Assembly (NCBI GenBank): GCA_963666285.1
Contig: OY762711.1
Reading direction: 5' to 3' (one strand)
Length of the DNA: 64,000 bases
DNA from: Sedimentisphaerales bacterium
GTDB lineage: Bacteria > Planctomycetota > Phycisphaerae > Sedimentisphaerales > SM23-30
The notes under the pieces were generated by a model that ran no database searches, was not told the DNA's origin, and saw nothing but the letters and a program-made list of their open reading frames with translations. Below are positions 10,939 through 21,020 of this stretch, piece by piece. The translations under genes and the position numbers were made by a program. Position 1 is the first letter of the stretch. Every line of letters begins with the position of its first letter.

Positions 10939-11604
10939 ATGTATGGAGGTTATATGGATTTGTCTGAATATAGGAATTTATACAAGAAAAAAGATGCGTC
11001 TCCGGGATGGGATGCTATAAGTTCATGTTTAGAAGAATTGTATCCAGGGCAAAAGCCAATGCATTGGGGAACAGTAATCAGTCATATGCTTGGTGGTCCT
11101 GATCCACTTGATGGAATAAGTGCATATTGGTGTAAAGATATAAGTGGAGATCATCTTCATTTTTGTACGTACGGATATACCTCATTATATTATGATGAAG
11201 ATTCCGTTGGTGGAGATTATAGCCAATATGGATTTGAAATGACATTTCGCCTGGCAAATATACAAAATGATACAAATGAGTTAGTTTGGGTATGTAATTT
11301 ACTTCAAAATATTGCACGGTATGTTTTTGAATCAAACCGCTGGTTTGAGCAATATCATTGGATACCAGCAAATGGTCCGATTTGTTCAGATTGTGATACT
11401 CAGATAGTAGGACTTGCATTTTTGAATGACACAACTTTAAGGCCTATTGATTCCCCACATGGGAGAGTAGAATTTATTCAAGCTTTTGGTGTCACTCAGG
11501 CTGAATTAGATACTTTTAATAATACAAAAGAAACAGTAAAGGAAGTTATTGAATATAATCGAAAAACTAATCCTCTTTTAGTTACAGATTTATTGCGAAA
11601 ATAA
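10939..11604 (+). CDS. Suppressor-of-fused (SUFU)-like domain protein
   Basis: PGWDAI...LYPGQ.P.H, LGGPDPLDGISAY, YGFEMTFRL, LQNIARYVF, IDSPHGRVEFIQ motifs. Start may be the second Met. Confidence 0.8.
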   Translation: MYGGYMDLSEYRNLYKKKDASPGWDAISSCLEELYPGQKPMHWGTVISHMLGGPDPLDGISAYWCKDISGDHLHFCTYGYTSLYYDEDSVGGDYSQYGFEMTFRLANIQNDTNELVWVCNLLQNIARYVFESNRWFEQYHWIPANGPICSDCDTQIVGLAFLNDTTLRPIDSPHGRVEFIQAFGVTQAELDTFNNTKETVKEVIEYNRKTNPLLVTDLLRK

Positions 11605-11667
11605 AGTATGTATATTCATTAATTCATTACTTGCTTTTTATTATTCTCTTTAGATTTTCATAAAATA

Positions 11668-12402
11668 ATGAACATTATTGTCCTTGAGAAATCAGACCAT
11701 CAGCAATTCGATCGATATGTTGTAAATGACTTTCGGCTGGAGCATATCCGCGATATACTGCGGGCGGCACCGGGAAAGACTCTTGAAGTTGGCCTGGTTA
11801 ACGGCCCGCTGGGTATGGCAACTGTCGAGACTATTGACAAAACAAAGGCTGTGCTGAATTGTGAGTTTCGTTCAGAAGTTGAAGAGGCTGGCGCGGCTGT
11901 TGACATTATCTGTGCCTTGCCCAGACCTCAGACATTGAAGAAAGTTTTGCATTCGGCGGCAGCTATGGGGGTAGTTAGTATACATTTTATCCGGTCGAAC
12001 AGAGTTGAGAAAAGTTATTTCGATTCGCCGCTGCTGGAAGAAAGGAAATATCGCAAGTATCTGATCGAAGGCTTAGCGCAGGGAAAGCGAACGAAAATGC
12101 CGAAAGTTGTTTTTTATGATCGGTTCAAACCTTTCTTTGAAGATACACTTCCGAACCTTATCACACCCGATACCCGCAAACTGCTGTTTGATCTTGATGC
12201 CGGGAGTAATCTATTACAGGCGGAGATCAGAGCCGGGCAGTCTGTGGTTCTTGCTCTTGGTCCGGAAGGCGGCTGGGTGCCGTTTGAAATCGAACTCATG
12301 AAGGGGTGCGGTTTTGAGCCGGTAATACTTGGTCCGTGGACACTTCGGGTGGAAAACGCGCTGGTTGCGGCATTAGCACAGCTGGCTCTAGTGTTAGAGT
12401 GA
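11668..12402 (+). CDS. rsmE: 16S rRNA m3U1498 methyltransferase
   Basis: SPOUT motifs LGPEGGW and LGPWTLRVENA. Confidence 0.9.
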   Translation: MNIIVLEKSDHQQFDRYVVNDFRLEHIRDILRAAPGKTLEVGLVNGPLGMATVETIDKTKAVLNCEFRSEVEEAGAAVDIICALPRPQTLKKVLHSAAAMGVVSIHFIRSNRVEKSYFDSPLLEERKYRKYLIEGLAQGKRTKMPKVVFYDRFKPFFEDTLPNLITPDTRKLLFDLDAGSNLLQAEIRAGQSVVLALGPEGGWVPFEIELMKGCGFEPVILGPWTLRVENALVAALAQLALVLE

Positions 12403-12422
12403 TTTATATTTGCTGATCCATA

Positions 12423-12617
12423 GTGCAGTATCGCACTTTTGACTGTTCAACACTATCCGCAAAGTCCGGAACAGGGCCAATTAAGTGAAAAATGAAAAAT
12501 TAAGGTATTCGATTATCGTCTCATGCTTAGTTTTAAATCAAAGTATTGCAAGAAGATACTGTTGGGCGATTTACCAGAGGCACTTCGTTATTGCAACTTA
12601 AAGACAGCGAAAGAAAA
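12423..12617 (+). repeat. Dispersed repeat family A copy
   Basis: GTGCAGTATCGCACTTTTGACTGTTCAAC...GCAACTTAAAGACAGCGAAAG, similar to 2947-3157. Confidence 0.8.
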
Positions 12618-12685
12618 CCCATATTGACTCGGGATTATAGAATGGATACAATCAGATTGAGTACTAAACAGGAAATATAATTTTA

Positions 12686-14431
12686 TTGAGGTTTTCGATG
12701 CTTCGTATCCGCCATATACATGATGCCGCATTGCCGCTTAGCCGGGACAGAATCAACCAGGCAGGTGATATCCTTCGAGAGAATTTTCCGGAGCTTTCCG
12801 ATCGGGCAGACAAGATAGCTGATCTGTTGACAGACCCTTTTGATGCCATGTATCGAACCATTCTCCTGGTAGCAGAATCGAAACTCGGCAAGGTTGTTGG
12901 CTTTTCTCTTATTTTACATTTAAAGGAGATCAACAGTAGTTTCCTGGATTACATAGCGGTAAAAAAAGATATTCGCGGTGGTGGAGTTGGAAGTGCTCTC
13001 TATGAGGCAACCCGTGAATATTGTCAGGCAATAGAGTCGCGTGGTATATATATGGAGGTTGACCCTGACGATCCTGTAATTCCGGTATCAGAAGCTGAGC
13101 TTAGCCAGCGTTGCAAACGTATGCGATTTTATGAAAGTTACGGAGTTTATCCGCTTATTTATAATGACTATCATCTTCCAGTTGGTGAACCGGCAACCTG
13201 TGCTTATCTTTTGTTTGACCCGCTCGGTCGTAAAGAGCCATTAGGCAGGGCGGAAGTTCGGTCGGCTGTAAGATGGATTTTGCAGCGGCGGTTCAGGCAT
13301 GTTGTGGATCAGCCGTATATTGAAAGGGTGGTTGAATCATTTATAGATGACCCGGTAAAGTTAAGGGAGCCGAGATACAAAACTAATATTGAGTCCAAAA
13401 CCAAAGTGTATAAAGGCAAGCTGCAAAAAGCTTTTGTTGCCGTTAGTGACCAGAAACACCAGGTTCATCATGTACGGGCCCGCGGTTATTACGAAAGACC
13501 GGCACGGGTTGACGCAATCAAGGAATCAATAGAATCTTCCGGTTTGTTTACTTGCATAACACCAAATCGCTATAGTGAAGATATAATTCTGAAAGTTCAT
13601 GACAAACATTTTGTGAATTTTCTTAAGACGGTATGTACGAAACTTTCTGCAGATCGTGCGGTATATCCGGACACTTTCCCGATCAGGAGGCCGGACCGCA
13701 GGCCTAAGAATCTTCCAACCCAGGCAGGTTATTATTGTATTGATTCATGTACCCCGCTTGATCGGAATGCGTACGATGCAGCTCGTTCTTCTGTTAATGT
13801 TGCGATGACAGCAGCAGATGAAATTCTTGCCGGTTCCAGGGTAGCTTATGCTATCTGCCGTCCGCCCGGTCATCATGCCGAAAGGCGAGTTTACGGCGGG
13901 TTCTGTTATTTTAATAATGCAGCGATAGCCGCCAGCCATTTATGTGGATATGGCAAGGTTGCAGTTCTGGATCTGGATTATCATCACGGCAACGGTACTC
14001 AGGATATTTTTTATGAGCGTTCTGATGTGCTTACCATTTCCATTCATGGTCATCCGGATTTTTCATTTCCATATTTTAGCGGCTTTTCAAATGAGACCGG
14101 AGATGGGCCTGGTTTGGGTTATAATTTTAACTACCCGCTCGATTCTGGCTCTGATGGACCTGTTTACTTAAAGACGTTGGCAAAGGCATTGGCTGAAATC
14201 AAAAAATTTGCCCCTGATTTTCTTGTTGTATCTCTTGGAATGGATACATTAAAAAATGACCCGACAGGTACTTTTAATCTTACCGCAAATGATATATTTG
14301 AAATTGCGCGAAATCTTGGTGGTTTAAAACTGCCACTGCTAATAGTGCAGGAGGGAGGCTACAATTTAAGAAATTTGAAATCCGGAGTAACCTCGTTTTT
14401 TAATGCACTTGCCGAAACGCTGAGTAGATAG
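12686..14431 (+). CDS. GNAT acetyltransferase-like + HDAC/acetylpolyamine amidohydrolase fusion
   Basis: N-terminal FLDYIAV...RGGGVGSALY (GNAT motif A); C-terminal RPPGHHA, GFCYFNN, DLDYHHGNG, SLGMD, QEGGY. True start is probably ATG at 12698, after GAGG. Confidence 0.85.
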   Translation: MRFSMLRIRHIHDAALPLSRDRINQAGDILRENFPELSDRADKIADLLTDPFDAMYRTILLVAESKLGKVVGFSLILHLKEINSSFLDYIAVKKDIRGGGVGSALYEATREYCQAIESRGIYMEVDPDDPVIPVSEAELSQRCKRMRFYESYGVYPLIYNDYHLPVGEPATCAYLLFDPLGRKEPLGRAEVRSAVRWILQRRFRHVVDQPYIERVVESFIDDPVKLREPRYKTNIESKTKVYKGKLQKAFVAVSDQKHQVHHVRARGYYERPARVDAIKESIESSGLFTCITPNRYSEDIILKVHDKHFVNFLKTVCTKLSADRAVYPDTFPIRRPDRRPKNLPTQAGYYCIDSCTPLDRNAYDAARSSVNVAMTAADEILAGSRVAYAICRPPGHHAERRVYGGFCYFNNAAIAASHLCGYGKVAVLDLDYHHGNGTQDIFYERSDVLTISIHGHPDFSFPYFSGFSNETGDGPGLGYNFNYPLDSGSDGPVYLKTLAKALAEIKKFAPDFLVVSLGMDTLKNDPTGTFNLTANDIFEIARNLGGLKLPLLIVQEGGYNLRNLKSGVTSFFNALAETLSR

Positions 14432-14749
14432 ATTTAGATATTTTATTCGTAATGGTTGTGATACCAGTTGTTTTTACATAAAAGTTTGTCAGTTGACCCT
14501 CCCAAAACTGCTTCCTTATGTTTCAGAGGGAACAAAGACTGAGGCACTTTTTTGCTTACAGTCTTTTGGGAGCAATCCAGAAATGGAATATTTAAATCCT
14601 GAACTTGCCGAGTTAATTGCTTCTGTTGAGAAAGTTGTAAAGCCATCGAACCAGTGAAACCATGTGAGTCAAAATTAAACTATAACTGATTCAACTAAGC
14701 TGTATTAAGTTATCATAATCGGTTGAGTTAAGAATACATCACTTCTTAC

Positions 14750-16690
14750 TTACTGGATATCCATCCAGTCTTCCCACATGCCTTGCTCGCGTAGTTTTTC
14801 GCGGTGTTTTTCGAACCGGAAGATACGTTTTCGCTGTTTGGTCATATTCTTTTCGATCTTATTCTGGGTCTTGACAAAAAGCTTATCCGCCTGCGGCAAA
14901 GCAATCGGTTCGTTTCTCTTATCGCGGCTTTTCATTCTTATGCGGGTAACTTCCTTTGTCTCGGCGTAACGGAGCAGATCGTCTTTCAGTGAGATATAAA
15001 ACTGGCATTCGCCGGGGTCGCCCTGTCGACCGACTCGGCCGATAAGCTGGTCGTCGAGTCTGCGGACAAACTGTCGGTCAGTACTGAAAAGGAACATGCC
15101 GCCTTTTTCTGCGACTCCTTCGCCCAGTTTGATATCAACACCACGGCCGGCCATATTTGTAATTATCGTAATGCGGCCCATGTGACCGGCCTCCGCGATT
15201 ATCTCAGCTTCGCGGGTGTGGTTTTTGGCATTTAATATATCATGCGGTATATTTATCGAGTCTAAAAGCATGCCCAGGTATTCCGATTCCCGAACAGAAG
15301 CGGTACCAACCAGTATCGGTCTGCCGGTCTGGTGGATGCGTATTATATCTTCAATAAGCGCATTGTGCTTGGCGTCGAGATGCCGGAATATTTTGTCAGG
15401 ATGTTCTTGTCGGATAACAGGTTTGTTCGGCGGGATCTTGATAATCTTCAGTTGGTAAACAGATTTAAATTCCAGTGCATTAGCCATTGCAGTACCGGTC
15501 ATCCCGGCCAGTTTATCGTATTTCCTGAAGAATGTCTGGTATGTTGTTTTAGCCATGCCCTTAACTTCGCCGGTAGGAACGATTCCATTGAATATTTCGA
15601 TTGCCTGGTGGATACCGTCGGGCAGTTGTCGTCCGGGCATAAGTCGTCCGGTATTTTCATCAATCAAAACAATTCGACCGTCTTTAACAACATAATGCTG
15701 ATCAATTTTATATATATTCCTGGCAGCCAGCGCACAGGTAACATAACGCTCCCAGCGGTGACCGGTCGGCAACATCCTCAAGACATTACCGGCATGTGCC
15801 CGTGCAGATGATTTACCTTCATCTTTCAGCTCAACGCTGCGGTCATCGTGCATCAGTCTGAAATGTTTTCCTCTTACCAGCTGACCGGCTACCTGGTTGG
15901 CGCGTTTATATAGTTCCAATTGCGGCGAGACAGAAACATCACCGGCCAGCGATAGCGGACTGCGTGCCTGGTCGATTAGTACGCTGTCAATTTCATCAAT
16001 GATCGCAAAATGATACTGGACATTTAACTTATTGCCATGCTGGGGCCGAAGGATTGTATCGGCCTCGCTCATACGTTTCTGGCGCTGCGGTTCACGCAGG
16101 CTGTCGAATACAATTTCTTTACTGGTAGCATATACAATATCGTTACGATATGCCTGGGAACGTAGAGCCTGGTTTTGGCCGGGCACTATTACCCCGACAG
16201 AAAGTCCGAGCCCGTGCAGCAGCGGTGCCATCCACTGGGCATCACGTGCCGCGAGGTATTCGTTTGATGTAACTATATGGATAGAGCTTCCGACTTTGCC
16301 CAGATGATACAAAAATGCGGCAAGCGGAGCCATCAGAGTTTTACCTTCGCCGGTGTGCATCTCTGCAATACAACCATCATACAGTGCCAGTGTTCCAATC
16401 AGCTGAACATCGTAGTGGCGCATGCCAAGCTTTCGGAAGCTGACTTCGCGGCCAACGGCCAGAGCTTCAGGCAATAATGGCTGAATATTTGCGTTAGCAT
16501 GGGCACGAGTATGCAGTTCGTCGATAAAATGGGTGATTTCATCGTCGCTCATAGCCTTAAATTTATCTTCCAGCTTATTAGCTTTCTCGACTATGCCGCG
16601 ATAAGCTCTCATCTTGTGACTTTGGTATAAGTCCTTATATAGCATATATAAATAATCCATAGGAGCACTATTATCTGGTAATTTTGTCAT
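14750..16690 (-). CDS. Short SecA paralog (SecA DEAD-like ATPase)
   Basis: HYDVQLIG, AEMHTGEGKT, IIDEIDSVLID, TNMAGRGVDI, QLIGRVGRQGDPG. Only 646 aa, with the wing/scaffold C-terminus largely absent. Confidence 0.88.
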   Translation of the reverse strand: MTKLPDNSAPMDYLYMLYKDLYQSHKMRAYRGIVEKANKLEDKFKAMSDDEITHFIDELHTRAHANANIQPLLPEALAVGREVSFRKLGMRHYDVQLIGTLALYDGCIAEMHTGEGKTLMAPLAAFLYHLGKVGSSIHIVTSNEYLAARDAQWMAPLLHGLGLSVGVIVPGQNQALRSQAYRNDIVYATSKEIVFDSLREPQRQKRMSEADTILRPQHGNKLNVQYHFAIIDEIDSVLIDQARSPLSLAGDVSVSPQLELYKRANQVAGQLVRGKHFRLMHDDRSVELKDEGKSSARAHAGNVLRMLPTGHRWERYVTCALAARNIYKIDQHYVVKDGRIVLIDENTGRLMPGRQLPDGIHQAIEIFNGIVPTGEVKGMAKTTYQTFFRKYDKLAGMTGTAMANALEFKSVYQLKIIKIPPNKPVIRQEHPDKIFRHLDAKHNALIEDIIRIHQTGRPILVGTASVRESEYLGMLLDSINIPHDILNAKNHTREAEIIAEAGHMGRITIITNMAGRGVDIKLGEGVAEKGGMFLFSTDRQFVRRLDDQLIGRVGRQGDPGECQFYISLKDDLLRYAETKEVTRIRMKSRDKRNEPIALPQADKLFVKTQNKIEKNMTKQRKRIFRFEKHREKLREQGMWEDWMDIQ

Positions 16691-16838
16691 AAAATCAAAT
16701 GAAAACAGTTGGCAATTCCCTGTAAAACATGTTTGGGCCCTCCAGAAATGTCTTTACATTCGGCTCCAATTTTGTACAATGACCCATTTGCTGACTTAAA
16801 CACCAAATAGACAGCCTATAATAAACAGGAGAATTACA

Positions 16839-17252
16839 ATGGGCGCATCAAAAGAAGTAGAAGTAGGTTTGAACTTTACCCCTAAGTTTGACGCAAATGG
16901 ATTGATCCCGGCAATAGCCCAGGATGCCGACAGCGGTCAGGTACTTATGGTGGCATATATGAACAACGAAGCACTGGCAGAGACTGTTAAGCTTGGTCGT
17001 GCTGTTTACTATAGCCGCAGCCGTAATAAGCTATGGCGTAAAGGCGAAGAATCCGGCCATGTTCAGACAGTAAAAGAAATTCTGGTTGATTGCGATCAGG
17101 ACTGTTTGATCTTAAAGGTCACTGTTGACCAGGGCCAGTGTCATGTAGGTTACCAGTCATGTTTTTACCGCCGTGTCAAACCCGGCACAGAAGCTGAACT
17201 GGAATTTATTGCCGAGCCGGTTTATGACCCGAATGAGGTATATAAGAAATAA
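16839..17252 (+). CDS. hisI: Phosphoribosyl-AMP cyclohydrolase
   Basis: YYSRSR..LWRKGEESG, DCDQD, CHVGYQSCF. Confidence 0.95.
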   Translation: MGASKEVEVGLNFTPKFDANGLIPAIAQDADSGQVLMVAYMNNEALAETVKLGRAVYYSRSRNKLWRKGEESGHVQTVKEILVDCDQDCLILKVTVDQGQCHVGYQSCFYRRVKPGTEAELEFIAEPVYDPNEVYKK

Positions 17253-17276
17253 ATATTTTTGCGATTTGTATTTGGA

Positions 17277-17317
17277 AAAGAGCAGCCGGAGTAAAATTTT
17301 GCCCCGGCTGTTTTTTT
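17277..17317. terminator. Terminator between convergent hisI and oxidoreductase
   Basis: AGCAGCCGG...CCGGCTGTTTTTTT hairpin. Confidence 0.65.
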
Positions 17318-17355
17318 ATATGATAATATTTGAAAGATCATTTGTATTTTGCTTA

Positions 17356-18321
17356 TTACCATTTAGCCCGAATTTTATCCATAGTTTTCTGGATTTCCAG
17401 GCTTTCAGCCAGCGGCATGATATCACTGTCAAGCATCCCTTTTTTTATGCAATTGGCCACATGGTCGGCTTCGTAAAATAAACCGATACCAGGGTTAGCA
17501 AATTCAAAAGTCTTGTCCTGTTTTCTATTCATTCTTAATGAGAGATTGGTCGGACAGGAGAACTTTTCGTTTACAATGATCATTCCTTTTTCACCGTATA
17601 TCCTGGCCTGCTGTTTATAGGATACCTTACTACTGCAGCCTAGTATCGCGAATTCAGTTTCATCGTATTCAAAAGTTAAAGCGGTATGATCATCAACACC
17701 TTTAGAATGAAAAGAAGCGGCACAGAAAATCTTTTTCGGCTGTTTGCCGTATATCATTGAAGCGAGAGCGACAGGATATATTCCCAGATCGAGCAGGGCG
17801 CCGCCGCCGAGTTCCGGGTTGAAGATACGATGTTCAGGTCCAGCATCAAACTTCACTCCGAAGTCAGCTTCAACTGTCATAATTTTTCCAACTTTATCTT
17901 CAGCTAATAATTTGCGAAGTTTTGCCATTGCCGGGAAAAATCTAGTCCACATAGCTTCCATGAGAAAGACATTGTTTTTCTTGGCGGCAGCTATAAGTTT
18001 TTTTAACTGGCCGGCACTAACCGTTATAGGTTTTTCGCAAAGAACATGTTTGCCGGCATTGATCGCCAGCATAGAATTTTCCATATGGAATGGATGGGGA
18101 GTAGCTACGTAAACGACATCAACTTCCGGGTCTTCAACTAACTGCTGATAACTGTTGTATGCTTTTGGAGATTTATATTGTTTTGCAAATTTGTTTGCTT
18201 TTTCTTGGCTGCGAGAAGCAACAGTTGTCAGCTCACAGTATTTTGTTAAAGGCAGATCGCCTGCAAACGAACCTGCAATATTGCCGCAACCCATAATGCC
18301 AAACCTGATTTTTTTTGCCAT
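17356..18321 (-). CDS. Gfo/Idh/MocA-family oxidoreductase
   Basis: GIMGCGNIA, VYVATPHPFH, KHVLCEKP, GGGALLDLGIY. Confidence 0.93.
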   Translation of the reverse strand: MAKKIRFGIMGCGNIAGSFAGDLPLTKYCELTTVASRSQEKANKFAKQYKSPKAYNSYQQLVEDPEVDVVYVATPHPFHMENSMLAINAGKHVLCEKPITVSAGQLKKLIAAAKKNNVFLMEAMWTRFFPAMAKLRKLLAEDKVGKIMTVEADFGVKFDAGPEHRIFNPELGGGALLDLGIYPVALASMIYGKQPKKIFCAASFHSKGVDDHTALTFEYDETEFAILGCSSKVSYKQQARIYGEKGMIIVNEKFSCPTNLSLRMNRKQDKTFEFANPGIGLFYEADHVANCIKKGMLDSDIMPLAESLEIQKTMDKIRAKW

Positions 18322-18469
18322 GCTAAATCCTTTTCTGATATCAAAAAATATTTCTACATATATTCAATTAGTTCATAGTTAAAATGATATCCAGTACAAA
18401 ATAATATATCCATAATATAATTACAAATACTATATATTGTTCGAATTTTATTAGTCAGAATGGGAAGTG

Positions 18470-18635
18470 AAGGCAACTTTGAAAATTCATTTTAAGCGAC
18501 TTGTTTTTCTTTTGCCTGCTGACATGCGTCACATAAAACAGTGAATATATCCCAACATGCACGATTTTATGTTCTTTGCCAGCAACCAAAATTTTAATCT
18601 ATCGCATCAAAAGCAATTTCCAGCGGTCACCTTAA
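18470..18635 (+). mobile_element. MITE-like element family B copy
   Basis: Shares TGCGTCACATAAAAC...ATGCACGATTTTATGTT...AAAAGCAATTTCCAG with 5251-5420. Confidence 0.7.
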
Positions 18636-18746
18636 AATAAAAAGCATGGCTTGTGTTATTGCCATGCTTTCTTTTTGAGGAATACCGGACTGTATATTGT
18701 ATTGCATGGTATTCCTGCTCGATTGAAAAGAAGTTAAGTTATGAAC

Positions 18747-19676
18747 TTAATTTATATCCAGTTCTCCTTCAGATTTAGTGTCAGGTAATCTGTGACAGAA
18801 CCAGTCAGGAGGAAGCTGGTCTGTGTTTTTTAATGTAATTACCATGTTGTATTTTTTTGTTTCAAAAGAAACGTTGATACAAAACAATTTCTTTATCTGG
18901 CCGTTGTCAGGATCTACCCATAAATCTATTCTTTCGGGCAGTCTTAGTGCCGGAATATTTTTCTTAAAAGCTACATAATACAATCCGGTCATGTTGCCAA
19001 TATTGTCCCTGCCGCGTGTGACTTTGTATTTATTACACATAACATTCAATAGTTCGCCGATATCGACAAACAGTAAATCAGTTACACCCTCAGGTACGAC
19101 CCTGTGAATTGAACCTGGCTTGGAAAACTTCCTGGGTTCAGCTTTGTCTGACCGCCATTTATTGGTGCCGTCAAATCCGTTATATATAAGAGTACCATCT
19201 TTCAAAGTTCGTTCCAACACATATTGGTTGCCACGAACATATAAAGTGGCACCGTTTATTTCACGCATGGTTTTTATATTGCGAATGTCAAGCCTGGTTG
19301 GCTTATTATTCTCGTTTGAATCGATGTTTTGTATTTTATGGATTGTTATTTCATATGTCTGGTCGCAAGTGCTGAACCGTTTCATAATATTATCGAAATC
19401 GGCATAGACATTGTCCGGGTTAGAAAAAAGGAAGCTAAGCCCAATGATAATCAATAAACCGGCAGCCATAGAAGTCGCAACCTTTAGCCAGGTATGATGC
19501 CATATGCCGGATGAATGCTTTATACTAAGATAGACATTATCAACTCGGCGGCTGACAGATTCAGGGGTGTCGTGATACCGGCTTATCAGCATTGCGTGAA
19601 CCAGTCGCAGCTGAGCTTCATGAAGAGAGTCGAAATCTTCCGGGTTTGTGTTGTCTTGTATATTTTCGTTTTCCAT
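18747..19676 (-). CDS. Putative membrane-anchored anti-sigma factor
   Basis: Directly downstream of the ECF sigma; single TM segment (SMAAGLLIIIGLSFLF) followed by an extracytoplasmic domain. Confidence 0.65.
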   Translation of the reverse strand: MENENIQDNTNPEDFDSLHEAQLRLVHAMLISRYHDTPESVSRRVDNVYLSIKHSSGIWHHTWLKVATSMAAGLLIIIGLSFLFSNPDNVYADFDNIMKRFSTCDQTYEITIHKIQNIDSNENNKPTRLDIRNIKTMREINGATLYVRGNQYVLERTLKDGTLIYNGFDGTNKWRSDKAEPRKFSKPGSIHRVVPEGVTDLLFVDIGELLNVMCNKYKVTRGRDNIGNMTGLYYVAFKKNIPALRLPERIDLWVDPDNGQIKKLFCINVSFETKKYNMVITLKNTDQLPPDWFCHRLPDTKSEGELDIN

Positions 19677-19705
19677 ATAATTTGAATTTCGATGTTTACG
19701 AAATA

Positions 19706-20257
19706 TTATTTCCCTGACGCTTCAACCGAATCACTGAACAATCGGTTACGTTTCAAACATTCTGCCAGCATAGCCCTGGCCCGTTGTAATCTTTTTTTTA
19801 CGGCTTCGCGAGATGCTTCCATAATTTCGGCAATCTCTTCTGTTTTATGTTCTTCTTTATAATGCAGCTGAATGGTCATCCGGAAATTTTCCGGCAGTTT
19901 ATTTATGCATTTTTCTAACACCTCGGTTTTATCTTCCCAGGTATCTCCGGTTTTCGACTCGACAATAATCATCTCATTTTCGATATGTGTCAGTACGGTT
20001 TCTTCACAGTAAATAGGTTTTTTCTTTTGCTTACTGTAGTATGACAATATCAGTTTGTGTGCAATTCCTCTGAGCCATCGAGCGAACGGGCGGCTGCGAT
20101 CGTAATCAGCCAGTTTCCGCCAGGCTGTTACCATTGTTTCCTGGTAGATATCGTCAACTATGCTTTGGTCATCTATCGATGCCCGTATATATGCCAGCAG
20201 CATCGAACTGTTTTCACTCACTAAAACAGCGAAGAGGTCTTTTGAATTTCGGTCCAT
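19706..20257 (-). CDS. ECF RNA polymerase sigma-70 factor
   Basis: DDIYQETMVTAW...FARWLRGIA (region 2); LP...EEIAEIM...VKKRLQRAR (region 4). Confidence 0.92.
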   Translation of the reverse strand: MDRNSKDLFAVLVSENSSMLLAYIRASIDDQSIVDDIYQETMVTAWRKLADYDRSRPFARWLRGIAHKLILSYYSKQKKKPIYCEETVLTHIENEMIIVESKTGDTWEDKTEVLEKCINKLPENFRMTIQLHYKEEHKTEEIAEIMEASREAVKKRLQRARAMLAECLKRNRLFSDSVEASGK

Positions 20258-20677
20258 ATCTTACTCTTTACTACCACTTGTGAATGATTATACAATATTA
20301 TATGAAAAATATTTTCATATAATATCTTGCAAAACAATACTTTAGGTCAATAAGCCTGTCGGTTTCATTCACATTGTGCATCAGAGCCCTCTTGTACCGG
20401 CTCTTATTCACACTTTCCACATTTATACTTGGTAAACATTATGTTATAGGGGACAAAAAACTATAAAATTCATTTCTAGCCGTTTGTTATGCTAAGGTAT
20501 TGAAAACAAGAAACTTAAGTTGTGGTTTTGCTTATAGTTTCAATATTGCAGACATAATATTAGCTCATATACAAACAGCATACTACATAATAAACGAAAA
20601 TTATGACAGGTATATTTCAATATTTATCTGTCCCCGGTCTGCCTGGTTATACCAACTAATAACAGATATTATTATGA

Positions 20678-20854
20678 GTGCGGTATCGCACTTTTGACTG
20701 TTCATCATTACACGCAAAGGAAGGAACAGGGCCAATTAAGTGAAAAATTAAAAATTAAGGTATTCGACTATCGTCTCATACTTAGTTTTAAATCGAAGTA
20801 TTGCAGGAAGGCCCTTTTATGCGTTTTTTGCAACTTAAAAACTGCGAAAGTAAA
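20678..20854 (+). repeat. Dispersed repeat family A copy
   Basis: GTGCGGTATCGCACTTTTGACTGTTC...GCAACTTAAAAACTGCGAAAGTAAA. Confidence 0.8.
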
Positions 20855-21020
20855 CTATGACTTATTCCACTATATTCGTTTTTTCTCTAAAAAACGAATC
20901 CACACAATTGGCGAGATTATATATATCTCGCCTTTTTTATTTATGGCAACTGTTTATACATAAAAAAAGTACGCTTCAATTAAAAGCGTACTTTGAATTT
21001 GAACAAAATATTGATAATGT

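Noticed and set aside
14443..14646. 67-aa ORF downstream of the SecA paralog
   Set aside because: No motif, no clear RBS and no evident similarity to the SecA C-terminus.
20500..20963. ORFs 20500..20697 and 20694..20963 (and 54848..55171)
   Set aside because: They overlap family A repeats or promoter DNA; no coding signal.
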